Assembly: GCA_027001995.1 (NCBI GenBank)
Contig: JALTLO010000072.1
Span: 1 to 18,030 of the forward strand
Length of the DNA: 18,030 bases
Source: Planctomycetota bacterium
Lineage (GTDB): Bacteria; Planctomycetota; GCA-002687715; DRQF01
Reading direction: 5' to 3'
The notes under the pieces were generated by a model, which was not told the DNA's origin, made no database searches, and saw nothing but the letters and a program-made list of their open reading frames with translations. How positions within the stretch are numbered: position 1 is the stretch's first letter; each line of letters opens with the position of its first letter. Shown piece by piece: positions 7,855 through 15,757 of the stretch. A program made the position numbers and the translations under genes.

Positions 7855-8631
7855 TTAGTCCTTCGCCTTTTCGTCCATGGACTGACGAACGGATGGCGGT
7901 AGGAACGCTTTGAGTTTCTCCTTGACCATGGCAGGCTTGTCACCATTTTGAATTGCGACGATGCCTTCGATCATGGTGGAACGAATGAGCGTTTCTTCTT
8001 TCTTTCGTTGGTCAAGTTTGTTGGCCATCGGCAAGAGAAGAACGTTCGAAAGGTAGGCGCCGTAGAAAGTCGTCAACAACGCAACAGCCATACCAGCACC
8101 AATTTGAGAAGGATCGGAGAGGTTCTTAAGCATGGTTACCAGACCAATGAGGGTCCCGAGCATTCCCATGGCCGGAGCAATCTCGCCCATCTTGTCGAGA
8201 ACGCACTTGCCGACACCATGTCTTTCCTGCATGGCGAATAGATCTGTCCCTAAGATGTCCCGAACAACTTCTGGGGGGAAACCGTCGACCACAAGTCGGA
8301 GACCTTTCACTAAGAAGGGATCTTCTACTGTTTCAAGCTTCTCTTCCAAAGCAAGGAGACCCTCGCGACGGGCAAGAGCAGCGAACTCAGCAATCAACTC
8401 GATCTGATCTGGAAGGGAGGCTAGGACGTACATGAAAGTCTTTTTGACGACTTTTCCTGTGGCCGCGAAAGTGTCCATGGGGAAGGCAATCATGGCAGCG
8501 GCCGCCGTGCCTCCGAACACAATGACAATGGATGGGACATCAATGAAGGCGGCAATGCCGGCACCCATCATGATGGAACCAAAAATGAGAATCTGGGCCA
8601 GGACGATCCCGACAACGGTTGCAATGTCCAT
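7855..8631 (-). CDS. motA: Flagellar stator A subunit (MotA/PomA family, PomA-like), 258 aa
   Basis: Motifs MDIAT, FIDVPS..IVFGG, ARREGLLALE (R88/E96 rotor-contact residues), APAMGMLGTLIGLV and MAVALLTTFYG. RBS-like AGAGGA upstream. Confidence 0.95.
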   Translation of the reverse strand: MDIATVVGIVLAQILIFGSIMMGAGIAAFIDVPSIVIVFGGTAAAAMIAFPMDTFAATGKVVKKTFMYVLASLPDQIELIAEFAALARREGLLALEEKLETVEDPFLVKGLRLVVDGFPPEVVRDILGTDLFAMQERHGVGKCVLDKMGEIAPAMGMLGTLIGLVTMLKNLSDPSQIGAGMAVALLTTFYGAYLSNVLLLPMANKLDQRKKEETLIRSTMIEGIVAIQNGDKPAMVKEKLKAFLPPSVRQSMDEKAKD

Positions 8632-8718
8632 TTATTTCCTCTTCTACCCGGCGTTCACTCGGCGCGAGTGAGCACATGGAGCTGATCCCCAGCTCAAGAT
8701 GGAGATCCTTCTAATGGA

Positions 8719-8746
8719 CTGTCGGATTTTTGGGCAGTGATGCTGA
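8719..8746 (-). promoter_or_regulatory. Weak candidate sigma28 (FliA)-type promoter for motA-motB-motB-fliL
   Basis: On the - strand, TCAG-N16-TCCGACAG resembles the TAAA/TCAAG-N~15-GCCGATAA consensus. It lies in the largest intergenic gap, upstream of motA. Several mismatches. Confidence 0.3.
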
Positions 8747-8820
8747 AGGCGCGGGAATTCATGCAGGGGCCGGATCAGTTGGCCAAGGATGACCGGGCCC
8801 ATATGTGGGGATAATCCGGC

Positions 8821-9573
8821 TTAGTTCTCGTCGACGGGCAGAGACCGCTTCATTTCTTGTATTTTTACCCAGTCAACAGGATCTAAGATTTCGATGACTT
8901 GAGCCGCTTGCTCTTCGTCCATGAGAGCCAGAAGACGAGCTGCTTGCCGATAACGATCGATCTTTTCGGCGACGGATTCGTTCTCTCCACCTTTCATCAA
9001 ACGATCACGAGCGCCCTCTGGGGACATGGTGTTGAGCCAGCGGGCAATCTTGCGATTGTGCTCTTTTTGCTGTCGCTCTAGGGTTGCAGCTTGCCCTTGC
9101 TTCTTAAGAGCGATTTCTTCTTCGCTCTTGATCAGTTGGTTTTCTCTTTGGGTGAGCTTATGTGTTTGGGACAGAACCATTTTTTCTCGACGGTTGATCT
9201 CGTCCACCATCGTCCGAACCTCGAGCTTGAGCTTCTCAATCTTACGGGATTCAGACTTGAGGCGATCTCCGCGATCTTTGAATTCTTCCATCAATTTGGC
9301 GAACTCTTCTTCGTTGAAGCTCGCGGGGAGATTCCATTGAAGTCTGGCATCGACGGTCATCTCCCGTAGTTTGTCACCGTAGCTTCGTTCCTTTTCTTCC
9401 TTGGTTTGCAAAGTGACCTTTGGGAAGTACCCGCCAATCACTGGGAAGTCATGGAGTTTTGCCATGGTCTCGGGAGAGTTCTTGTTCTGGCCTTCTAAGA
9501 ATCCGTAGAGGAGGCCAATGAATAGCCATTGAGCAATGGTTAGCAATCCAATAATTCCGATGAAACCTTTCAT
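8821..9573 (-). CDS. YlxF/MotE/FlbB-like flagellar protein (N-terminal TM, coiled coil, MgtE_N-like C-terminus), 250 aa
   Basis: Hydrophobic N-terminus and a long E/K/R-rich coiled coil. The C-terminal IARWLNTMSPEGA...ARLLALMDEEQAAQV pattern is typical of MotE/YlxF. The 4-nt overlap with fliJ is the position ylxF occupies in Bacillus-type operons. Confidence 0.65.
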   Translation of the reverse strand: MKGFIGIIGLLTIAQWLFIGLLYGFLEGQNKNSPETMAKLHDFPVIGGYFPKVTLQTKEEKERSYGDKLREMTVDARLQWNLPASFNEEEFAKLMEEFKDRGDRLKSESRKIEKLKLEVRTMVDEINRREKMVLSQTHKLTQRENQLIKSEEEIALKKQGQAATLERQQKEHNRKIARWLNTMSPEGARDRLMKGGENESVAEKIDRYRQAARLLALMDEEQAAQVIEILDPVDWVKIQEMKRSLPVDEN

Positions 9574-10028
9574 TGCTCGCCTCTCCTTTTCGTCTGATGG
9601 CGAAAGCTTGCGATCTCTTCCATCGATTCTTGTTCTTTGCGCATGTTCTCTTCGTTCCAGCGTTCCCAGGCTTTCTCTTGTGCCTTCTCTAAGCTGAGAA
9701 GCTCCTTACGCCGCTCGATCATGATTTCGCGGACTTTTTCGTAGGCCTTTTCTTCTTCCGCCAGTCTCGTTTCTAGCTCGGCTTGTTTCAGCTCAGCGTT
9801 AGCTAACCACTGATAGAGAAATTCGACGTTGCTAGGAGTGATGGGGCCTTTGGTGAATGACTGGGAGATGTCCTGAGTGGCATTCTGGACGGAATCTTTG
9901 GCGCCTTGAAATGCCACTTCCGCCAAGCGTAGCTGATTAAGGCTACGGGCGGTTTCCGAACGTGCCAACTCTTCTTGGCTTTTGGCCAAGTCGAGAAGTC
10001 TTTGAAGTCTAAAAGAAAACTTCTTCAT
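9570..10028 (-). CDS. fliJ: Flagellar export protein FliJ, 152 aa
   Basis: N-terminal MKKFSFRLQRLLDL, coiled coil, C-terminal EQESMEEIA. Directly follows fliI. Confidence 0.9.
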   Translation of the reverse strand: MKKFSFRLQRLLDLAKSQEELARSETARSLNQLRLAEVAFQGAKDSVQNATQDISQSFTKGPITPSNVEFLYQWLANAELKQAELETRLAEEEKAYEKVREIMIERRKELLSLEKAQEKAWERWNEENMRKEQESMEEIASFRHQTKRRGEQ

Positions 10029-10068
10029 CTCTCTCTTCTCTCATTTTGCGGTTCGCTCACCGATTCCT

Positions 10069-11388
10069 CTATGGGGACGCGGCTATCTCCTGCAAACGCA
10101 AACGTGTCTCGCCCATTGATCGGCTTGTTTGCCCATTTTGCTTGAGTAAATCCATGATTTTTGGGTATTTAGCGATGGCGTCGTCGACCTTTGGATCACT
10201 ACCGCTGCGATAGGCACCTACGGTGATCAAGTCTCGTGATTCTTCATAGGTCGACAGGATTTCTCTGAATTTTCTTGCCACGACGACATGATCCTCCGGG
10301 ACCACGGCATCCATGACTCGCGAAACGCTCTCTAAGACGTCGATAGCTGGGTATTGTCCTCGTGATGCAATCTTCCGAGACAAGACGATATGGCCGTCCA
10401 AGAGCCCTCTCATGGTGTCGGCCACAGGTTCGTTCATGTCATCGGCATCGACTAAGACCGTAAGAAGGCCGGTGATTGACCCATGATTGAGGCACCCCAT
10501 TCTTTCAACTAGCTTTGGCATCGTGCTGAAGAAGGACGGTGGATATCCTTTGACAGTGGGGGGTTCTCCGGCGGCCAAACCGATCTCTCTGGTGGCGTTG
10601 GCCAAGCGTGTGATGGAATCCATCATGAGCATGACGTTCTTGCCTTGATCGCGGAAGAACTCTGCAATGGCAGTGGCGGTGAATGCTCCTTTCATTCGCA
10701 GGATGGGAGGCGCATCCGATGTCGCTACAACAATGACGCTTCTTGCCATGCCTTCGGGTCCCAAGACCTTTTCAATAAACTCTTTGACTTCCCGGCCCCG
10801 TTCGCCGATCAAAGCGATCACATTGACATCGGCCGAGCTTTCGCGGGCAATTGTGCCTAAGAGGGTGCTCTTGCCAACACCACTTCCGGCAAAGATCCCC
10901 AAGCGTTGCCCCATGCCCATAGTGAGCACACCGTCGATGGCGCTTATCCCAGAATTCAGGGCGGCATCAATGTTTTTGCGGTCGAGAGGGTTGGGGGCAG
11001 CGCGAAAGACCGGGGTGGGTATACCTTTGGGCAGTTTTGGCCCTCCGTCAAGAGGATTGCCCAAGGCGTCAACAACGCGTCCCAGCATGGCGTTGCTACA
11101 AGAAATATTGAGCTTTTCCCGCAGGGGGTGGACGGTACTTCCTGGCGAAAGGTCAATGGGCTCTTCGATTGGCATCAGAATCGACGTGCCGTCGCGGAAG
11201 CCGATGGTCTCCGCAAGCATGGATTTCTTGTCGTGCAAGCTTTCTACCCGGCAGAGTTCTCCCAAACCAACGTGGAGACCGCGGCATTCAATGGTGAGGC
11301 CAACGACGCGCGTGACCTTGCCGACATACTGCCCAACAGAGGTAGTCCTGATGCTCTTGAGGTAGCTCTCAGCTTCAAGAAGAGGCAT
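10069..11388 (-). CDS. fliI: Flagellum-specific export ATPase FliI, 439 aa
   Basis: Walker A GIFAGSGVGKST, ALIGERGREV, Walker B LMMDSITR, GEPPTVKGYPPS, LDGHIVLSR, YPAIDVLESVSR. Confidence 0.97.
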   Translation of the reverse strand: MPLLEAESYLKSIRTTSVGQYVGKVTRVVGLTIECRGLHVGLGELCRVESLHDKKSMLAETIGFRDGTSILMPIEEPIDLSPGSTVHPLREKLNISCSNAMLGRVVDALGNPLDGGPKLPKGIPTPVFRAAPNPLDRKNIDAALNSGISAIDGVLTMGMGQRLGIFAGSGVGKSTLLGTIARESSADVNVIALIGERGREVKEFIEKVLGPEGMARSVIVVATSDAPPILRMKGAFTATAIAEFFRDQGKNVMLMMDSITRLANATREIGLAAGEPPTVKGYPPSFFSTMPKLVERMGCLNHGSITGLLTVLVDADDMNEPVADTMRGLLDGHIVLSRKIASRGQYPAIDVLESVSRVMDAVVPEDHVVVARKFREILSTYEESRDLITVGAYRSGSDPKVDDAIAKYPKIMDLLKQNGQTSRSMGETRLRLQEIAASP

Positions 11389-12007
11389 GATGGCTCTCCT
11401 CGATGAGGGTTTTGCTCAGTTGCTCCAAACGCTCATTCATGTCGGCATAGTATTCCGTGTCGCCACCAACGAGATGGGGAGAACCTTTGGGGATCATCGC
11501 ATCCGCCACAACATCAATGCCATCCAAGGTGATGCCCGTGTTTTCAGCACCTTCGAGGATCGCTTGATGGTCATGGGGGTTGAGCTTCAGAGTGAGGCCA
11601 TTCGACCGAGTACCGTTGTCGACCTCGTCCAGTAGAGCACCTACTATAGCTAGGACATCGTAACGGCCTTCATCGACGAGGGTGCAAGTCAATTTTTCCA
11701 CCACACCCACCGCCAATTTGACAGCGAAACTCTCGATCTTTTTTCGATCTGTGACCATGGCTTCCTTGATTTGCTCCGCTTGCCCCCGGACTAATTCCAA
11801 GATTTCCTTGAGTGTCCCGCTGTACTTCGCTCGTTCTACAGAAACACCTCGCTCATAGGCGCGACGTTGTATTTCCTTCATGTTGAATCGATTACCCTGT
11901 TCCTCCGGTGGGGAACCGGCGTCCTGGGCTGCCACGATGAAATTCGAAGGTGCCTGGCTAAACTTAATGACGTTATTCGACAAGCTCTGCACCTCCACCA
12001 CCGACAT
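11375..12007 (-). CDS. fliH: Flagellar assembly protein FliH, 210 aa
   Basis: Lies between fliG and fliI. AYERG helix motif, LAVGVVEKL, LKLNPHD and V.AD..I..G fit the FliH C-terminal domain. The start overlaps fliG by 35 nt and is uncertain. Confidence 0.82.
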   Translation of the reverse strand: MSVVEVQSLSNNVIKFSQAPSNFIVAAQDAGSPPEEQGNRFNMKEIQRRAYERGVSVERAKYSGTLKEILELVRGQAEQIKEAMVTDRKKIESFAVKLAVGVVEKLTCTLVDEGRYDVLAIVGALLDEVDNGTRSNGLTLKLNPHDHQAILEGAENTGITLDGIDVVADAMIPKGSPHLVGGDTEYYADMNERLEQLSKTLIEESHHASS

Positions 12008-12986
12008 TGATCGTCAGCTCGCCACTTTCGATTAGACCCCGGATCGTCGTCATGATCTCTTTCTGAGCTTCTTGAACTTCCGTCAAGGGAACCGCTCCCA
12101 AAAGTTCCTTCTCTTCGATGATCATGTCCTTCGTTCTCTGAGAAACAGCATTGAAGATGGAATCCGACACATCTGCGCTGCAGGACTTCAATGACAAAGC
12201 CAGTAGTTTGGTATCGATACCGCCCAGGATCTTCTGCATCGAGAGCTTGTCCACCAAAGTCAAGTCGCTGAAAGTGAACATGGTTTCGCGGATCTGTTCG
12301 ACCAGTTCTGGCGTGTCTTCTTCAATGCGTTCAAGTAAGCCATCGTTTGTTTCGCCGTCAGCTGCATTCAGGATGTCAGCGGCTGTACGAATGCCGGGGT
12401 CTGGGCCAGATCCATCTGCATCCTGAAAGCGGGGCAACTTGCTTGTCTTCTCGATGAACATGTCAGCAATGTCCCGGAGAACACGTGGGGGAGGTGGTCG
12501 CATGGTGGCAATACGCTTGAGCATGGAGGCTCTTTCTTCAGCTTCCAATTCCCCCAAGACGCCTGCTGCTACCGTGGGGCCGATGTTGGCCAAGACAGCA
12601 GCTTGTACTTGGGGATGCTCTTCGGAAAGTATGCGACTGAGGTCGGCAAATGGCACCCCTTGTAATCCCTTGAATGGTGATTCCACTTGAGCATTCACCC
12701 GAACTTCTTCGAGAATTTCATGCCCCTTATCCTCGCCGAACTTGGCGATGAATATCTCGTTGAGTGTGTCGTTGACGTTGGCAAACACGCCTCCCGTCGT
12801 CATCAGCTTACGAAACTCCTCGAGCGTGTCTTGCACGGTCTCTTCGTCTGGAGGGGACTGTTCAAAGCGCACCATAGCTTCCCCTACTCGTGACACCTCT
12901 TCTGGACGCATCTGTTCGCTCATGGGTTTGGCAAAATCTGCACCCAAGACACGAAAGAGGATGGCTACCTTTTCAACACCGTTCAT
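11973..12986 (-). CDS. fliG: Flagellar motor switch protein FliG, 337 aa
   Basis: KVAIL...LG N-terminus, EHPQ motif, RIA, MFTF motif, LALSLK, SQR...EE, EVQEAQ..I...R.L...GE. Confidence 0.96.
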   Translation of the reverse strand: MNGVEKVAILFRVLGADFAKPMSEQMRPEEVSRVGEAMVRFEQSPPDEETVQDTLEEFRKLMTTGGVFANVNDTLNEIFIAKFGEDKGHEILEEVRVNAQVESPFKGLQGVPFADLSRILSEEHPQVQAAVLANIGPTVAAGVLGELEAEERASMLKRIATMRPPPPRVLRDIADMFIEKTSKLPRFQDADGSGPDPGIRTAADILNAADGETNDGLLERIEEDTPELVEQIRETMFTFSDLTLVDKLSMQKILGGIDTKLLALSLKSCSADVSDSIFNAVSQRTKDMIIEEKELLGAVPLTEVQEAQKEIMTTIRGLIESGELTINVGGGGAELVE

Positions 12987-14485
12987 TCGGAAGCTCCTGA
13001 GCCCTCATAGAGCCATTTCCTGAGTGATCTGCCAGCCAAATCTGCGTCGCTGCTTGCAGTCTCCAGAACACTTTCTTCTAAGGTAAGAGGGGCTACTGGC
13101 TCTTCTCTGTTTTCTTCTTCCATAGAAGTCTCCAGGACCGCCCGCAAGTCTGCTTGGGCTTTTTTGATGGTCTTCAGAGCAAAGAAAATGAATGCCAAAC
13201 CGAGCAAGACATAGGACGTCTTTTCGACGTAGAACATCACCGTCTCTTTTGTCTCTTGGGAGACGACTTCGTCTGGCTTCTCGATGGGGACAATCTCTGG
13301 CATTTTTGCCACCGTGACTTCAATGATGTCGCCTCGTTCTGGATCGATGCCAATGGCGGCAGATACGGTCCTTTCCAATTCTGCTTTCACAGACCGCAAG
13401 GACTCGTCAATGAAGACACTCGCAGTCATGCGCACGACCTTGCCGCCCAAGTCGACTGTGCTGGTCTGTTTGTAGCCATAGTCGTTCTTTTCTGTCTTAG
13501 TGGAGTCTTTGGAGAGGGCGGCTTTGCTGGATTTGCCGTCCTTTTGCAGGTTGGCATTTCCTGGCTTGCCACCATTGGCTGAACCTCCAGCCGGTTTCGA
13601 ACTTTCCGTTGTCGACTTCTCCCGGACGATCTTGCCAGCAGTGTCGAACTTCTTTTCGGTTACATTGGATCGGGTCCAATCCAAACTGAAATTGACCGCG
13701 ACTTGAACCTTGTTGCGGCCGTAGACTCGATCGAGGAGGCTTTGAGCCGCCATCTGAGTGGTCTTCTCCAATTGCTTCTTGTGAGCCAAACGAGATTCTT
13801 GACCCAGGGCGTTCTCATCCGTACTTGGTGCCTTCAGAACCCACCCTTCACTGTTGGAGATGGCAACAGCGTCAGCAGAAAGAGATTCCACACCACTTGA
13901 TACCATATAGGCGATGGTTCGAATTTGTTCTTTGCTCAACTCACCCTTTGTCTTGACGGTCACCATGGCTTTTGCCTTTTCGTTGCCACGGTCGAAGAAA
14001 ACGCGCTTCTTTGCGGTGATGGTCACCGTCGCCCATTCGATGTACCCCAAGGACTGAATCGACTTGGCCAAACGTTTCTGTGTCTTAAGGTTGCGGGCAT
14101 GAATGCGAGCTTCTCGACTCATGCCACCTCCAGCAAACATGCTGTCATCTTCGCCATCTGTGCCTTTGTCTGGCAAGGTGCCAGATTGGTAGAGGGTGGA
14201 ACGTGCCATCTCATAATCATCGCTTTTCACATGAATGGCCGAGCCTGCAACAATTTTGTAATCCATGATGCCAATGTCTTCCAATTGGCTGATGATGCCG
14301 CTGATGTCCTTGGGTGCAACTTTGGTAATGAGCTGCTTATAATCTGGGTTGCCTCCTAAGAGCGCGGCTCCCAAAATCGCGGCGAAAACCATCATAGTGA
14401 CGCCAGCGGCAGCCACCTTCTGCCCAGACCCCAGGTTAGCCCAGACGTTCTTGACTTGTCTTAAGATGTCGTTTGCTTCTGCCAT
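12983..14485 (-). CDS. fliF: Flagellar MS-ring protein FliF, 500 aa
   Basis: TM segments near both termini. RBM-like core (LAKSIQSL..I..A.V; I..MVSSGVESL...V.I...G), AAIGIDPERGDII.V and C-terminal LRKWL. Lies between fliE and fliG. Confidence 0.93.
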   Translation of the reverse strand: MAEANDILRQVKNVWANLGSGQKVAAAGVTMMVFAAILGAALLGGNPDYKQLITKVAPKDISGIISQLEDIGIMDYKIVAGSAIHVKSDDYEMARSTLYQSGTLPDKGTDGEDDSMFAGGGMSREARIHARNLKTQKRLAKSIQSLGYIEWATVTITAKKRVFFDRGNEKAKAMVTVKTKGELSKEQIRTIAYMVSSGVESLSADAVAISNSEGWVLKAPSTDENALGQESRLAHKKQLEKTTQMAAQSLLDRVYGRNKVQVAVNFSLDWTRSNVTEKKFDTAGKIVREKSTTESSKPAGGSANGGKPGNANLQKDGKSSKAALSKDSTKTEKNDYGYKQTSTVDLGGKVVRMTASVFIDESLRSVKAELERTVSAAIGIDPERGDIIEVTVAKMPEIVPIEKPDEVVSQETKETVMFYVEKTSYVLLGLAFIFFALKTIKKAQADLRAVLETSMEEENREEPVAPLTLEESVLETASSDADLAGRSLRKWLYEGSGASE

Positions 14486-14541
14486 GGTGTTTCTCTGTCT
14501 TGCTGTTTGTCAGATCTCTTGAGTCGGACCTCAATCTAGAA

Positions 14542-14868
14542 TCAGACCTGCATTCTCATGACTTCCTTGTAAGCCTCGACCAACTTGTTTCTCACCTCGA
14601 CCATCATCTTGAAGCTGACGTCAGCCTTCGACATGGCAAGCATGACTTCGTGAACGTTATCGGTGTCACCACGAATGAGCTTTGAAAGCGACTCATCGGC
14701 GGAGTTCTGCATCTCGTTGGTTTCTTTGAGATAACCATTGAGAACATTCTTGAAGGAGGCACCACCGTCAACACTCTGATCCTTGGATTGAGTCTTTGCT
14801 GTGGCCCCGATGGACTTAAATTCGGCAGCAATCTTCTGGGCCGCCGCTTCAACGTTGAAATTGCTCAT
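14542..14868 (-). CDS. fliE: Hook-basal body protein FliE, 108 aa
   Basis: SFKNVL...NVHEVMLAMSKADVSFKMMVEVRNKLVEAYKEVMRMQV is diagnostic. Confidence 0.97.
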   Translation of the reverse strand: MSNFNVEAAAQKIAAEFKSIGATAKTQSKDQSVDGGASFKNVLNGYLKETNEMQNSADESLSKLIRGDTDNVHEVMLAMSKADVSFKMMVEVRNKLVEAYKEVMRMQV

Positions 14869-14869
14869 C

Positions 14870-15307
14870 TTATCCCTCCAAGAGCGAAACAGCCTGGCGC
14901 ATCATGTCGCGGTAAAGGCTGATTGCTTTTAAATTGGCTTCATAGCTTCTGGATGCAGTCATGAGGTCGACCATTTCGAAGGCCATGTTGACATTGGGGT
15001 AGCTCACCATGCCAGTTTCTTTGTCGGCCATGGGGTGTCCTGGGTCATAAACGTCGTTCATCGGAGTCTCAAAGTCTCTGTCTGTACTCTTGACTCGAAC
15101 GCCGCCGATGGTCCCTTCAGTTGCACCTGAGGACTCGGCTAAAATTGTTTCGAAAACCACATCCTTGCGCCGATAGGCTCCACCGTCTTTGGTGGCGACG
15201 ACGTTGGCATTGGCGATGTTTTCGGCGATGACGTCGAGCCGTTTGCGCTCCGCCGCCATGCCGGTGCTTGAAATGCTCATGCCTTTGAACAGATTGTCGA
15301 GGTTCAT
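14870..15307 (-). CDS. flgC: Basal-body rod protein FlgC, 145 aa
   Basis: ISSTGMAAERKRLDVIAENIANA, YRRK.VVF, YDPGHPMAD..GMV.YPNVN..EMVDL..ASRSYEAN. Confidence 0.97.
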   Translation of the reverse strand: MNLDNLFKGMSISSTGMAAERKRLDVIAENIANANVVATKDGGAYRRKDVVFETILAESSGATEGTIGGVRVKSTDRDFETPMNDVYDPGHPMADKETGMVSYPNVNMAFEMVDLMTASRSYEANLKAISLYRDMMRQAVSLLEG

Positions 15308-15344
15308 AGTACTCTCCTCTCGGTGGAACTCATTTCATTCCCAC

Positions 15345-15704
15345 CTATCTCGTTGCGCTGATCGCGTGTTGAATGTTCTTCATTTCGTGTTTCAACATCT
15401 GGGCGTAGATATTGAACATCATTTGGTTCTTCTGCATGATGTTGTATTCGTTCTCTAAATGAACGCTGTTGCCATCAGCCTTGACCGGCGCATTCGAATC
15501 CGCAACAACAGATTCGGTGTCAAGAGCTGCCGAAGGGCCTTGGGATGTGAGCGCATCTCGAAAGGAATCTTCGAAGCGCAGCTCCTTAGCCTTATAATTC
15601 GGTGTGTTGATATTCGCGATGTTGGCTGCATGGATAGCGTGGCGTTTCGTGCTCATGGTCATGAGCTTGGCCATCAGATCCAAATTTTCGTCGACAACTT
15701 TCAT
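15345..15704 (-). CDS. flgB: Basal-body rod protein FlgB, about 119 aa
   Basis: ANIANINTPNYKAKEL.F and DGNSVHLE.E motifs. Start reassigned from the ORF-track GTG 15758 to ATG 15704, which is preceded by AAGGAGAGAGAG. Confidence 0.93.
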   Translation of the reverse strand: MKVVDENLDLMAKLMTMSTKRHAIHAANIANINTPNYKAKELRFEDSFRDALTSQGPSAALDTESVVADSNAPVKADGNSVHLENEYNIMQKNQMMFNIYAQMLKHEMKNIQHAISATR

Positions 15705-15757
15705 CTCTCTCTCCTTAGAAACTGGTCTCTCACAATCCAGTGTCTGACAAACGGCCA

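Noticed and set aside
10667..11365. 232-aa + strand ORF (and 10906-11406) opposite fliI
   Set aside because: Antisense shadows of a highly conserved gene, with no recognisable motifs.
10069..14485. Non-flagellar type III secretion system or F-ATPase interpretation of fliF/H/I/J
   Set aside because: The flanking flgB, flgC, fliE, fliG, mot and flgK/L genes show this is a flagellar system.
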